Assembly: GCA_963850905.1 (NCBI GenBank)
Contig: CAWKMU010000004.1
Coordinates: 608,001 to 672,000 of the forward strand
Reading direction: 5' to 3'
Length of the DNA stretch: 64,000 nucleotides
Source: an uncultured Gemmatimonadales bacterium
GTDB taxonomy: Bacteria > Gemmatimonadota > Gemmatimonadetes > Gemmatimonadales > Gemmatimonadaceae
Shown here piece by piece: positions 8,227 through 18,399 of the stretch; position 1 is the stretch's first letter, and the number at the start of each line of letters is the position of its first letter. The notes under the pieces are model-generated. The model ran no database searches. It was not told the DNA's origin and saw only the letters and a program-made list of their open reading frames with translations. A program made the position numbers and the translations under genes.

Positions 8227-10716
8227 TCAGGCGGTCCACGTCCACTCGGCGATCTCTGGTGCGTCGTTGAAGTGCTCACGCGTACAACGCACGGCGTCCG
8301 CAATCAGCCGGTCGCACTCAGCCATGAGCTCAGTGGCCCGCGTACGCGGAACCGGGGCGTGCTGCAGCGCGAGCGCCGCGAGATGGTAGCGACTCATGCC
8401 GTTGAGCACGACCATGTCGAAGGGTGTCGTCGTCGCCCCCTGCTCGACGAAGCCACGCACATGAAATCGAGCCGGATCGGGGCGACCGTGGACGAGCTGG
8501 TGGATGGCACGCTGATATCCATGGTAGGCAAAGATGACGGGCCTGTCCCGCGTGAACAGCTCCACGAACTGTTCCTCGCTCATGCCATGCGGGTGGACAT
8601 CCGGCGGAAAGAGCGACATGAGGTCGACGACGTTCACGACGCGCACAGCAAGATCCGGTACGCGCTGTCGCAGCCAGTGTGCAGCCGCCACGGTTTCGAG
8701 CGTGGGGGTGTCCCCGGCGCAGGCCAGCACGACATCAGGTTGAGCGCCTGGACGAGTTGGGCCCTCAGTGCCAGCCCACGCCCAGATGCCGGCACCGCGT
8801 CGCGCGTGCTCGATCGCGTCCCCCATGGACAGCCACTGCAACTGCGGTTGCTTGTCGATGACGATGAGATTGACGTAGTTGCATGATCGAAAGCAGTGGT
8901 CCGCGACAGACAGCAGCGTGTTGGCATCGGGCGGCAGGTAGATCCGCGCGACCGTGCCACGCTTCGACAACATGACGTCAATGAGACCGGGACCCTGGTG
9001 GCTGAACCCGTTGTGGTCGTTCCGCCAACAGGTAGACGTCAGGAGGATGTTGAGCGACGGGACGGGAGCACGCCACGGAAGTGTGATCGCGTGCTCCAGC
9101 CACTTCGTGTGTTGCACGGTCATCGACGCCGAGACCATCGCAAACGACTCATAGGTCACGAACAGGCCGTGCCGGCCGGTGAGCGTGTAGCCCTCGAGCC
9201 ACCCTTCGCAGAGGTGCTCGCTCAATACCTCCATGACTCGACCATCGGCTGTGACATGATCGTCAATGGGGATGAGGTGAGCGTCGAGGCAGCGATTCTC
9301 GACGTCGAAGACACTTCCCAACCGGTTCGAGTTCGTCTCGTCGGGACACGTGAGGCGGAAGTTCGCCGCGGGGGCGTTCCGCACGAACATGTCGCGCACC
9401 ATGTCTCCGAGTTGACGCGTCGATTCGCGCCGGACGGTCGCCGGTCGTGGAACGTCGATCGCGTACGTGCGGAAGTCGGGGAGATCGAGCGGTTGTACGA
9501 GCTTGCCGCCATTCGCGTGAGGGTTCGCGCCCATCCGTCGGTCGCCTGTCGGCGAAAGGGCGGCGAGCTCGGGAGCCAGTGCACCGGTCTCCGTGAAGAG
9601 CGACTCCGGCTCGTAACTTCGCATCCACTCTTCCAGCGACCGTAGCTGCGCTGGATCGGTCTGCACGGCCGGGAGGGGGACCTGATGCGCACGGAATGTC
9701 CCCGCGACTGGGTGGCCGTCAACCACAGCCGGACCGGTCCACCCTTTCGGCGTGCGCAAAATGATGGCGGGCCACGTCACTGTCCCGCTGCTCGAGCGGC
9801 CTTTCCCTGCGCGCGCCTCTGCCTGGATGCGCCGAATGCGCGCATAACAGGTGTCGAGGGTCGTAGCGAGTTGCTGATGGATTGTAGCCGGCTCGTCACC
9901 CGCGACCACGTGCACCTCGTAGCCGTGACTCTCGAGCAGCTGCGTGACCGCGGCATCGTCGACCCGGGCCAGAACAGTCGGGCCGCTGATTTTGTAGCCG
10001 TTGAGATGCAGGATGGGGAGAACCGCACCGTCTCGCGCAGGATTGAGGAAGCGAGTGCTTTTCCACGCGCCCTCCAGCGGTGCGGTCTCCGCCTCGCCGT
10101 CGCCAACGACGGCTGCAACGATGAGGTCAGGATTGTCGAATGCGGCGCCAAAGGCATGCGCCAGGACATAGCCAAGCTCGCCGCCCTCGTGAATCGACCC
10201 CGGCGTCGTGACGCTCACGTGACTCGGGATGCCACCCGGTGTGGAGAACTGGCGGAACAACTGGCGAAGTCCCGCAACGTCGCGCGACACGCCGGGATAG
10301 ATCTCCGAGTATGTCCCCTCGAGATACACATTGGCGACGATTGCCGGGCCACCGTGCCCCGGTCCCGCGAGATAAATGACACTTGCCTCGTGCTCGCGAA
10401 TCAGGCGATTGAGGTGAACATAAATCAGGCTCAGTCCAGGTGATGTCCCCCAGTGACCGAGCAGGCGGGGCTTGATGTGCTCGGGCCGAAGCGGTTCACG
10501 GAGAAGCGGGTTGTCCTGGAGGAAGATCTGGCCGACAGTCAAATAGTTGGCCGCCTGCCAATATCGTTGCATCCGTTTCAGGAGCTCCGCTCCGAGCGGC
10601 TTTGAGGGCGTGGCGGGTACTGGTTGCTGCGAGCCGGCGCCCTGCGTGGAGGACGATGGCACGACGCTCGAAACCGACGGGTCGAACACGAAAGCAGGGG
10701 TCTCAGTTCGCATCAC
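8227..10716 (-). CDS. xfp: Xylulose-5-P/fructose-6-P phosphoketolase
   Basis: KPRLLGHWGTSPG, PGSIHEGGELGY, the TPP motif VGDGEAET, SEHLCEGWLEGY and NDHNGFSHQ. Confidence 0.97.
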   Translation of the reverse strand: MMRTETPAFVFDPSVSSVVPSSSTQGAGSQQPVPATPSKPLGAELLKRMQRYWQAANYLTVGQIFLQDNPLLREPLRPEHIKPRLLGHWGTSPGLSLIYVHLNRLIREHEASVIYLAGPGHGGPAIVANVYLEGTYSEIYPGVSRDVAGLRQLFRQFSTPGGIPSHVSVTTPGSIHEGGELGYVLAHAFGAAFDNPDLIVAAVVGDGEAETAPLEGAWKSTRFLNPARDGAVLPILHLNGYKISGPTVLARVDDAAVTQLLESHGYEVHVVAGDEPATIHQQLATTLDTCYARIRRIQAEARAGKGRSSSGTVTWPAIILRTPKGWTGPAVVDGHPVAGTFRAHQVPLPAVQTDPAQLRSLEEWMRSYEPESLFTETGALAPELAALSPTGDRRMGANPHANGGKLVQPLDLPDFRTYAIDVPRPATVRRESTRQLGDMVRDMFVRNAPAANFRLTCPDETNSNRLGSVFDVENRCLDAHLIPIDDHVTADGRVMEVLSEHLCEGWLEGYTLTGRHGLFVTYESFAMVSASMTVQHTKWLEHAITLPWRAPVPSLNILLTSTCWRNDHNGFSHQGPGLIDVMLSKRGTVARIYLPPDANTLLSVADHCFRSCNYVNLIVIDKQPQLQWLSMGDAIEHARRGAGIWAWAGTEGPTRPGAQPDVVLACAGDTPTLETVAAAHWLRQRVPDLAVRVVNVVDLMSLFPPDVHPHGMSEEQFVELFTRDRPVIFAYHGYQRAIHQLVHGRPDPARFHVRGFVEQGATTTPFDMVVLNGMSRYHLAALALQHAPVPRTRATELMAECDRLIADAVRCTREHFNDAPEIAEWTWTA

Positions 10717-11888
10717 ACTGCCCTCCCTGCTCGAGTAATGACCGGAGATGTCGCGCGATCATGAGCTCCTCGTTGGCCGGTACGATCCGGACCGTGACAC
10801 CTGAGTTTATTCCCGAAATGATGGCTGCGTGCTTGGTATTCAGACCCGCATCGAGCGAGACGCCACACCACGACAGGTGCTCACAGACGCGGTCGCGCAC
10901 AACGGCCGCGTGCTCGCCGATTCCGCCGGTGAAGACCAGCGCGTCGATTCCGCCCAGCGCCGTACCAAGGGCGGCAATGGCTTTGGCGACCTGGTAGCAG
11001 AAAATATCGACCGCTTCCGACGCTCGTGCGTCGGTCGGAGAGCGATCAAGCAGAGTCCGCATGTCTCCGGTCGTGCCTGAGAGGCCACGCAACCCGCCTT
11101 CGTCGTTCACGACGCGACTCAGCGCCTCTATGTCGAGTCTTTCGGTTCGAGCGAGGTAAAGCAGCACGCCGGGGTCCAGGTCGCCTGAGCGGGTCGCCAT
11201 GACGATGCCGCCGGTTGGCGTGAACCCCATGGTCGTATCGATGCTTCGGCCGTCACGTATGGCAGCGACGCTTGCTCCACTGCCGAGGTGGGCCGCCACG
11301 AGCCGCAGGGGCAAGGCGCCTGCATGCCCGCAGCTCCTCCACGATGTACTCGTACGACAGGCCGTGAAACCCGAAGCGTACCACTCCTGCATCCGTGAAT
11401 CGGCGGGGCAGCCCGAAGAGCCGTGCACGGTCAGGCAAGGTTGCATGAAACGCCGTGTCAAAGGATGCCGCAGGGCGCACGCTTGGCCATCGCGTGACGA
11501 CCTGTTGCACCGCATCGAGCTCGATCGGCAGATGATCAGGGGCAAGCGGGATGACGCCTCGCAAATCGAGCATCACTGCTGGAGTCAACCACGCCGGGGC
11601 GCGATAGTGGAGCCCACCATGCACGAGTCGATGACCGACCGCCACCAGATGCGGCGCCAACTGCTCCCGCTCGAGCCGAGTGAGCAATTGCTCGATCGCC
11701 GCTCGAGGGGTAGCTGCCTCGGTCGGCTCATCGCGTTGCACATCTGCGGACAAGGAGAGGCTTGCGACCATCCGCTCCTGCGGCTTCGTCACCGCGGCCG
11801 CGAACAGGCGACGCTCCGCACCACCGCCGACGTCGAACACCGCCGATTTCACGCTCGAGGAACCGACGTTCAGGGCGAGGACGAGCAT
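10703..11888 (-). CDS. ackA: Acetate kinase with a +1 frameshift near 11328
   Basis: The N-half (LNVGSSSVK, GHRLVHGG, FDTAFH, FGFHGLSY) and C-half (HLGSGAS, DTTMGFTP, FTGGIGE, NEELMIAR) are in different frames. Removing one G from CGGGCAT restores EELRHAGALP. Span is 1186 bp = 3n+1. Confidence 0.9.
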
Positions 11889-11894
11889 GTAGTG

Positions 11895-11936
11895 GCGTTG
11901 GATGTTGGACGTTGGACGTCGGACGCTGGAGAGTGG
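11895..11936. repeat. 7-bp tandem repeat (ACGTTGG-like) x6 directly upstream of the ackA start
   Basis: gcgttgg atgttgg acgttgg acgtcgg acgctgg agagtgg. Confidence 0.75.
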
Positions 11937-12051
11937 CCGCTAGGGAACGCTAGCGGCCCGGGCCACGTTTCTCCAAGCATGAATCCCAGCGCTTCATCGC
12001 GAAGTGCCGGGTCGCATTCAACTGACAGCGGGCAATAGCGCAAATCAGGTG

Positions 12052-12540
12052 CTAAAGGCTCGACGGGGCCACCACACATCCCGGCGTCCCGCTGTGCGCA
12101 TCCGTGACGCGGACTTCGCTGCGCATTCCGTGCGCGCCCTCCACGCACTCGAGCGCTCGCTCGACAGCCGCGTATTCGGCCGTCGTCGCAACGGTGCCGG
12201 TCAGGATCAACCACCCCTTCTCGACGCGAATGATCACGTCGCGGCCGATCGGATGCTCCCCGGTCGTCAATGCGTCGAGGGCGCGGTGGGCCAGCCCTTC
12301 GTCATCGGTCGCGTTGCCGTGACCGTTAGCGACCTGCAATGTGACGACAACTGCATGGGCGCCAGGCTCGCGTTGCATCGCCCGTTCCGCGGCAACCTTG
12401 TCGTCTGGCGTGTCGACCACGCCACTGAGCGTCACTACGCCGTCCTGCACATTGACGGTGACCTTCGACGCCGCTGGACCAAGTGTGGTCCGCAGCGCGC
12501 CTGACACGGCCGCATGGAGGTTCAAATCTGTTCGCATCAC
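12052..12540 (-). CDS. Dual BON-domain protein
   Basis: Two repeats: VTVNVQDGVVTLSGVVDT and IIRVEKGWLILTGTV. Confidence 0.85.
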   Translation of the reverse strand: MMRTDLNLHAAVSGALRTTLGPAASKVTVNVQDGVVTLSGVVDTPDDKVAAERAMQREPGAHAVVVTLQVANGHGNATDDEGLAHRALDALTTGEHPIGRDVIIRVEKGWLILTGTVATTAEYAAVERALECVEGAHGMRSEVRVTDAHSGTPGCVVAPSSL

Positions 12541-12575
12541 GTGAGTACCCTCACTCTCGAGTCCGAACGTGATTG

Positions 12576-12971
12576 CTACGGCTTGGCCTTACCGTGACCG
12601 ACGGCCCAGACATAGGCCGCGACCTTCTTGACATCATCGTCGCTGATACCACCTGGATGACTGACCATGGCGGTCCCGGACACTCCGTTCGTCACGACCC
12701 CGACGATCGCCTCATATGTGCCACCCTTCGCATCCTTCCAGTCGTGCGCCATCAACGTCGGTGCGATCGGCGTGCCCTCGAGATTCGAGCCGTGACAGGT
12801 GATGCAGCTGCCCTGCCCGTGGAAGACCTTACGTCCGGCATCGATGGCGGCGGGCGAGGCCGAATCAGCCGAAGAGCCGGTCTGCGCGTTCGCGGGTTGC
12901 AGCGCTGCAAGCAAACAAATGGCATTCGCAGCGCAGGTAATGAATGCGAGTCGCAGCATGGCCCTAAGCAT
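12576..12971 (-). CDS. Periplasmic monoheme class I cytochrome c
   Basis: Signal peptide, CITCH heme motif, distal Met (GTAMV) and DVKKVAAYVW. Confidence 0.9.
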   Translation of the reverse strand: MLRAMLRLAFITCAANAICLLAALQPANAQTGSSADSASPAAIDAGRKVFHGQGSCITCHGSNLEGTPIAPTLMAHDWKDAKGGTYEAIVGVVTNGVSGTAMVSHPGGISDDDVKKVAAYVWAVGHGKAKP

Positions 12972-13060
12972 TGGGTCTCCAGGTCAATGGTGAACGGCGA
13001 TCTAGGTGGTACACGGGTCGTTGACGACACGTAAACCTAGGCAGCGCCTCCAAAAACGAG

Positions 13061-13158
13061 CATCAGGGAAAATCCGCCCGGACGTCAGGCAATCCGCCGG
13101 CGACACGCATGGTCGCTGTAGGGGAATCCATTACACGGGCGGCGGCATTTACCGGATT
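13061..13158. promoter_or_regulatory. Operator sites between the divergent cytochrome c and cyc2 genes
   Basis: TGTAGGG-gaatc-CATTACA (13117-13135), half-sites CATCAGG (13061) and CGTCAGG (13083), and a weak site CGGCGGC-attta-CCGGATT (13140-13158). Confidence 0.5.
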
Positions 13159-13322
13159 GAGCAACTCGGCGGCCTGAGGCAGCTTGGCGGCGTAGCACCG
13201 GAATGCTCGCGCCGTTGCGGGCCACAACTCAACTCACGCCGGAGTTTGCGGTGGTTCCTCACAAGTCCAAACTGCGAAGACGGGTTCCGAGTTCCTGGCT
13301 CCCGATGCCGGGAAATACAACT

Positions 13323-14828
13323 ATGAAGAACGAATCAGGCCGAGGACGAGCCGCAGGGGTGCTGCGACGCGCGCTCGCCGCCGCGATCGTGCTGATGTTG
13401 GTGGCCAATGCGGCGGTTGCCGTCGCAAGCGCGCCAAATGCCGGCAACAACGACGATAGAGGTAACGAGGACGCCAGGGGGAAGGAGGACCCCGCGATCG
13501 CCGGTTCCGCGGCTCGTCGAGTGGTGATGCCCTCTGGGATGCACGAGCTGCTCGCCTCGCTCCACAGGAAGGTGCCGGCGTTTTCGCGTCAGACCGGTCT
13601 CGCATGTTCCGCGTGCCACTACCAATTCCCGCAACTGACGCCATTCGGACGCTCGTTCAAGCTGAACGGGTATACGCTGACTGGGCTCAAGCCGATCACT
13701 GAGCCGAATGCGAAAAAGGGGGCGGCACTCTCGCTGCTACCGATCCCGCCAGTCGCCGTCATGCTCATGGCCTCAGGCTCGCACTTGGGTGATGCCCGTC
13801 CGGGTGCGCAGAACGATGTCGCGGAAATGCCGCAGCAATTGAGCCTCTTTCTCGCGGGCTCGCTGACGCCGCATATCGGCGCGTTGCTGCAAGCGACGTA
13901 TTCCGGGAGTGGAGGTTCGTTCGGCATCGACAACAGCGACGTCCGGTACGTGACGCGTGCGCGCCTCGCGGACAAAGATGCGATCTTCGGCCTGACGCTG
14001 CACAACAATCCAACGGTCCAGGACGTGTGGAACACCACACCTGCCTGGGGCTATCCTTTCATTAGCTCCAATGTGCCACCCGGAACGATTGCGGCGCCGG
14101 TCATCAGCGGGCAGCTGGCGCAGCAAGTGCTCGGGTTTGGCGGATACGGACTCTGGAACAACCTCGTCTACGTTGAGGCCACGGCGTACCGAAGCGCACT
14201 GCAGGGCATCTCGCCTGCTGACTCGACCGCGGCCAACACGATCCAAGGAGTGACGCCATATTGGCGTCTCGCTCTCGAGCATCAATTCGGGCCGACGTAC
14301 GGCATGATCGGCGTCTATGGCCTGGTCAGTCATCTCTACCCGACTGGCGTCACGGGGCTGACGAATCGCTTCACCAATGCCGCGGTCGACGCGCAACTCG
14401 AGCATACCTTCGGTGCTGCTGGCGTCGTCATTGGTCGCGCGACCTGGATCAACGAGAGTCAGGTCTTGAGTCCGCTCTTCGCCTCGGGCGCCGCAAGCCA
14501 GGTCGACAACACGCTCAACACAGGGCAGGTCAACGTCAGCGTAGAACCCAACGCGCGCTACGGGGTGACGCTGGGGTACTTCTCCACGACCGGCACGCGC
14601 GATTCACTGCTCTACGCGCCCGCCCCGCTGGTCGGGAGCCGAGTGGGATCACCGCAAACGAACGGCTTCATCGAGGAGCTGGACTACAATCCGTGGCAGA
14701 ACATCCGCATCGGTCTGCAGGGGGTGCAGTACTCGAAGTTCAACGGTGCGGCAACCAACTACGACGGAGCAGAACGAGCGGCAACGGGGAACAACACGGT
14801 CTACGTGTTTGCATGGGTGGCGTTCTGA
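13323..14828 (+). CDS. cyc2: Cyc2-family outer-membrane cytochrome-porin fusion
   Basis: Signal peptide and the Cyc2 signature VPAFSRQTGLACSACHYQFPQLTPFGRSFKLNGY. Also NNPTVQDVWNTTPAWGYP, a beta-rich body and a beta-barrel-type C-terminus VYVFAWVAF. Confidence 0.85.
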   Translation: MKNESGRGRAAGVLRRALAAAIVLMLVANAAVAVASAPNAGNNDDRGNEDARGKEDPAIAGSAARRVVMPSGMHELLASLHRKVPAFSRQTGLACSACHYQFPQLTPFGRSFKLNGYTLTGLKPITEPNAKKGAALSLLPIPPVAVMLMASGSHLGDARPGAQNDVAEMPQQLSLFLAGSLTPHIGALLQATYSGSGGSFGIDNSDVRYVTRARLADKDAIFGLTLHNNPTVQDVWNTTPAWGYPFISSNVPPGTIAAPVISGQLAQQVLGFGGYGLWNNLVYVEATAYRSALQGISPADSTAANTIQGVTPYWRLALEHQFGPTYGMIGVYGLVSHLYPTGVTGLTNRFTNAAVDAQLEHTFGAAGVVIGRATWINESQVLSPLFASGAASQVDNTLNTGQVNVSVEPNARYGVTLGYFSTTGTRDSLLYAPAPLVGSRVGSPQTNGFIEELDYNPWQNIRIGLQGVQYSKFNGAATNYDGAERAATGNNTVYVFAWVAF

Positions 14829-14914
14829 TGAAACCGGAACGGCGGGATCGGGGGCCGCGGGCGCTTTGCGCCCCAGAAAGGAGAAACGCAGAAAGTAGAG
14901 AGGAGACATTGACC

Positions 14915-15661
14915 ATGTCAGAAGAGACACATCAGGCTGTGCATCCGCCGTCGGGATCGTCCGTCCACGAGGCGGCGAGTGAGCGGCGCGCATTTCTTCA
15001 GCGCGTGACCGGCGTGGCGGCCGCGCTGGCCGTTGCGCCGTTGGTGCGTCATCCATTCGCCAGCGTCGGATCGGGGCCGGCTCCCGCGGTGACATTGCCC
15101 ACCGGGCTGCAACCTCGTGCGCCGTGGAGTGACGCCTGGTTGCAGAAGCTGACGGGCAAGCACAAACAGTTCTTCGATACGCTGCAGCCCAATGATGGAT
15201 TCTCGCTGGCGTTCGCGATGTACTTTCTCGATCTCAACCACGAAGCGTACGGGCTCACGGACAATCAGCTCACTGCTGTAGTCGGTCTTCGGCACTTCGC
15301 GATGCCCATGGCGCTTCCGGATGCGCTCTGGGAGCGCTATCGCATCGGTGAGAACATGCAGATCAGCGACCGCACGACCGGCGGGCCCGCAACACGGAAC
15401 CCATTCCTGCACCGAGACGGCGTACCGACCCCTGGGGCGGATGTTACGACGTTGATGCAGCGTGGCGTCCTCTTCACAGTCTGTAACGTCGCGCTCACGA
15501 TCCTGAGTGCGCGGATGGCTAGCGCGGCTGGCGTATCAGGGGAGGCAGCGAAGGCCGAGTGGACGAAGAGCATCGTCCCAGGCATGATCCTGGTGCCGGT
15601 CGGTGTCATGGCGGTGAATCTGGCCCAAGAACGCGGGTGCACCTATTGTTACGGAGGGTGA
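14915..15661 (+). CDS. Tat-exported DsrE-like protein with C-terminal CxxC
   Basis: RBS AGGAG, Tat motif ERRAFL, RGVLFTVCNVAL and a C-terminus AQERGCTYCYGG. The fold assignment is inference. Confidence 0.7.
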   Translation: MSEETHQAVHPPSGSSVHEAASERRAFLQRVTGVAAALAVAPLVRHPFASVGSGPAPAVTLPTGLQPRAPWSDAWLQKLTGKHKQFFDTLQPNDGFSLAFAMYFLDLNHEAYGLTDNQLTAVVGLRHFAMPMALPDALWERYRIGENMQISDRTTGGPATRNPFLHRDGVPTPGADVTTLMQRGVLFTVCNVALTILSARMASAAGVSGEAAKAEWTKSIVPGMILVPVGVMAVNLAQERGCTYCYGG

Positions 15662-15827
15662 TGCGTCCCGCCGCCGGTCGTCCGCAACGCCGAGCGCCAC
15701 TAACGCGCCATGTTCGGCAGCCATACCGTTGCCGCGTGGCTGGGCCAATGTCGTACACGGCCTCGCAGGTCGCGGACGGTCATTTATGCGTACCACCGGA
15801 GGCCCCTGACTAAGGAGAAACTCATGG

Positions 15828-16049
15828 ATGCGGCGACCGAAAGTCGGTTCGCTCGTCCTCATCACCGTATTCGCTGTGGGGCTCGTCATCGGGAGTTCCG
15901 AGCACTTCTTTGTCACGGGTCCTAACAACGTGTTCGACGTGGGCACCGGCGACTGGACGGTCCCGTTCAAAATCAGTGTTGCGATGCTTGTCTTGCTCGA
16001 GGTTGCGGGCCTGTCGGCCGCTGGACGCGTGCTGACCACGCGCTCATGA
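15828..16049 (+). CDS. Small 2-TM membrane protein, possibly the C-terminal remnant of a larger protein
   Basis: Two hydrophobic helices. There is an in-frame stop just upstream and the RBS is better placed for another frame. Confidence 0.35.
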   Translation: MRRPKVGSLVLITVFAVGLVIGSSEHFFVTGPNNVFDVGTGDWTVPFKISVAMLVLLEVAGLSAAGRVLTTRS

Positions 16050-16057
16050 GGTGAAGT

Positions 16058-16708
16058 GTGCCTGTCCGCGTAGCTGCCAGGTCTTTGGTGCCACGGCCTA
16101 GAAAGGTCCTTCAGGAGCGCACGAGCGCAAACAGAACGCGCCAACGGATTCTCGACGCGGCACAGCGCCTGCTCGAGACGGGCGGACTCGCGCGCCTGAC
16201 CACAAAGGAGCTCGCGCACACCGCCGACTGCGCCGAAGGCACGCTGTTCAAGCATTTCCGAAGCAAGGAAGACATCGTCCTCGCGGTCGTGATGGAGAAC
16301 GCTCCGCGATTCCGCGATGCCGTGTCGCAATCACGTCGCACCAGCCGGCCCGTCGAGAAAAACCTCGCGGAGATCGCACTCGCGTGCATTCGATTTTCCG
16401 AGAAGCTCATTCCCCTCGGTGCGTCCCTGCTCGGCGACGCAGCGCTGCTCCAGCGCCGCCGGAGGCTCGAGCCCGGGCGCGGGCCGAAGGAGGCGTTCCA
16501 GCTCATTGCCGATTACGTAGCGCAAGAGCAGGCTGCCGGCCGTATCGACGTGAGGGCGGAGCCGGCAAGCGTCGCGCTGCTTCTGTTCGGACCATGCTTT
16601 CAGCGGGTCTTCATTCGTCAGGTCGTGGGCGAGAACCCCGCACCCACAAACGATCGGCAGTTCATCGCCGGCATCGTAAGTACGATCATGCAGGGACTCA
16701 AGCCGTGA
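16058..16708 (+). CDS. TetR/AcrR-family regulator
   Basis: TRQRILDAA...LTTKELAHTADCAEGTLFKHFRSKEDI helix-turn-helix. Confidence 0.9.
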   Translation: MPVRVAARSLVPRPRKVLQERTSANRTRQRILDAAQRLLETGGLARLTTKELAHTADCAEGTLFKHFRSKEDIVLAVVMENAPRFRDAVSQSRRTSRPVEKNLAEIALACIRFSEKLIPLGASLLGDAALLQRRRRLEPGRGPKEAFQLIADYVAQEQAAGRIDVRAEPASVALLLFGPCFQRVFIRQVVGENPAPTNDRQFIAGIVSTIMQGLKP

Positions 16709-16730
16709 CCAGCCCCGCTGACGAGCAACT

Positions 16731-17357
16731 ATGATACGGGATCACGACTGCGCTCCGATGACACGTGTGCGGCTCACCCGCCTTGCAAGTCGTACGATAA
16801 CGCTTGCGTTCGTCGCGATGGGCTGCACCAGAAGTCCGTCGACGTCGACCGGGTCGCGTCCATCGGTCGTGGTGCTCGTCCGCCACGGGGAGAAGGCGAC
16901 GTCTGCCGGTGACGATCCCTCGCTCAGCGACGCTGGCCATGCGCGCGCTGCCGCCCTCGCCGACGCGCTTGGCGACGCGCACGTCACGCACGTGATCACG
17001 ACGCAGTTTCGCCGGACGCAGGAAACTGCGGCGCCGTTGGCCGAACGGCTGGGACTCCGCCCGACCGTGATACCGATCGATCTTAGCGACATCAGGCGCT
17101 ATGTGGCTGCCGTCAGCGATTCCGTGCGGCGCAGCGGTGGCGTGACGCTCATTGTCGGACACCAGAACACGGTACCTGCCGTTATCCGCGCATTGGGTGG
17201 CCCTGCTACCCCGGAGATCTGCGCCGAGGATTATGGCGATTTGTATATCCTGGTTCTCGGCGTACGCCCCGGTCCATCACTCATGCACGAGACGTTCGGA
17301 GTCCCGCACCCAGCACACAGCGCGACGTGCGCCGCGGCGCCCACAACACCGCACTGA
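16731..17357 (+). CDS. Histidine phosphatase (SixA/PGM family), probably a lipoprotein
   Basis: LVRHGEK, RTQETA and IVGHQNT motifs; lipobox-like AMGC. Confidence 0.85.
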   Translation: MIRDHDCAPMTRVRLTRLASRTITLAFVAMGCTRSPSTSTGSRPSVVVLVRHGEKATSAGDDPSLSDAGHARAAALADALGDAHVTHVITTQFRRTQETAAPLAERLGLRPTVIPIDLSDIRRYVAAVSDSVRRSGGVTLIVGHQNTVPAVIRALGGPATPEICAEDYGDLYILVLGVRPGPSLMHETFGVPHPAHSATCAAAPTTPH

Positions 17358-17457
17358 GCCTCGCTTTCTTCCGCCGCCATCACCAGGCTCGCACTGAGAA
17401 GCGACGTGAGGTGTCCTTCTCGGTCAGAGATGATTCCTATTCGCGATACCGGGCGGC

Positions 17458-18189
17458 TCACCCGCCACCTCTCGCGATCGCCATATACAGGCCAAGCCCG
17501 ATCAGCAGGAGCGCGATCACGCGTCGGAACATGCGTTGGGGGAGATGCCCTAGCAGGCGGGTGCCGAGCGAGGTGCCGATCACCACGCCGAGCGTCGCTG
17601 CGAGGAGCAGCGGCCACACGTGGGCGATGGCGCGCGCTTCCGTGGCCAGATACACCGGCAACCGCGCCACATCGACAAAAAGCCCGATCGCCGTGGCGGT
17701 CGCGACGAACGACTCCTTTGGCACGTCGAAGCCGAGCATCGCCGCCGAGCGTATACCACCTTGATTGCCGACCAGACCTCCGAACGTCCCGGAGAGCAAT
17801 CCCGCGAACCATGCTGTTCGCCGCCCCCAGTGAACTCGCTCGACCCACCCCGTGAGCTGTGATGTACCAGCGAAGATGAGCAAGCAACCAAAGACAACGG
17901 CCAGCCCGCGGCTCGAGATCCGTGTGTGCAGGAGTGCGCCGGCGAGCCCGCCGACCGCGCTCGCGATGCCGAATCCGAGGAGGACGCGTCGATCGACATG
18001 GCGTCGCAGCAGCCAGAATCGTTGCGCGGTACCGACGAAATGCGGGAATGCGACCGCGGCTACCGCGAGCTTCGTCCCGGTTGTGAGCGCCAGAACCGGG
18101 GTGAGCAGGCTCCCAATGCCGAAGCCAGTGACGGCAGCAATGCCGCCAGCAACAATCGCAGTCAGCGCGAGCAGTGCGCCGAATAGCAC
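17458..18189 (-). CDS. TauE/SafE sulfite-exporter-family membrane protein
   Basis: About 8 TM segments; VTGFGIGSLLTP and GGLVGNQGGIRS repeats. Confidence 0.85.
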   Translation of the reverse strand: MLFGALLALTAIVAGGIAAVTGFGIGSLLTPVLALTTGTKLAVAAVAFPHFVGTAQRFWLLRRHVDRRVLLGFGIASAVGGLAGALLHTRISSRGLAVVFGCLLIFAGTSQLTGWVERVHWGRRTAWFAGLLSGTFGGLVGNQGGIRSAAMLGFDVPKESFVATATAIGLFVDVARLPVYLATEARAIAHVWPLLLAATLGVVIGTSLGTRLLGHLPQRMFRRVIALLLIGLGLYMAIARGGG

Positions 18190-18399
18190 GCGCGGGCGAT
18201 CCTACCGAGGGCGAGTGCCCGTCGCGTGCTCCCGGGATGCGGAGCGGATCCCGGGCGCGCGACCTGGACGCGGGGGCTCGACGAAGAGCTCGGCAACCAC
18301 GTGTTGCACAGTTCAATAATATATCGACCTTCCGCTATCGGCTTTGGGAGGCAATCGCCGATTTCGTGGACTGGGCGCGCGGTCGTCGTGGCCAACGTC

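Noticed and set aside
11327..11329. Programmed frameshift or phase variation in ackA
   Set aside because: No slippery heptamer or long homopolymer; a simple indel explains it.
14261..14914. N-terminal extension of the 466-aa ORF
   Set aside because: It overlaps cyc2 in another frame; the RBS and Tat signal place the start at 14915.
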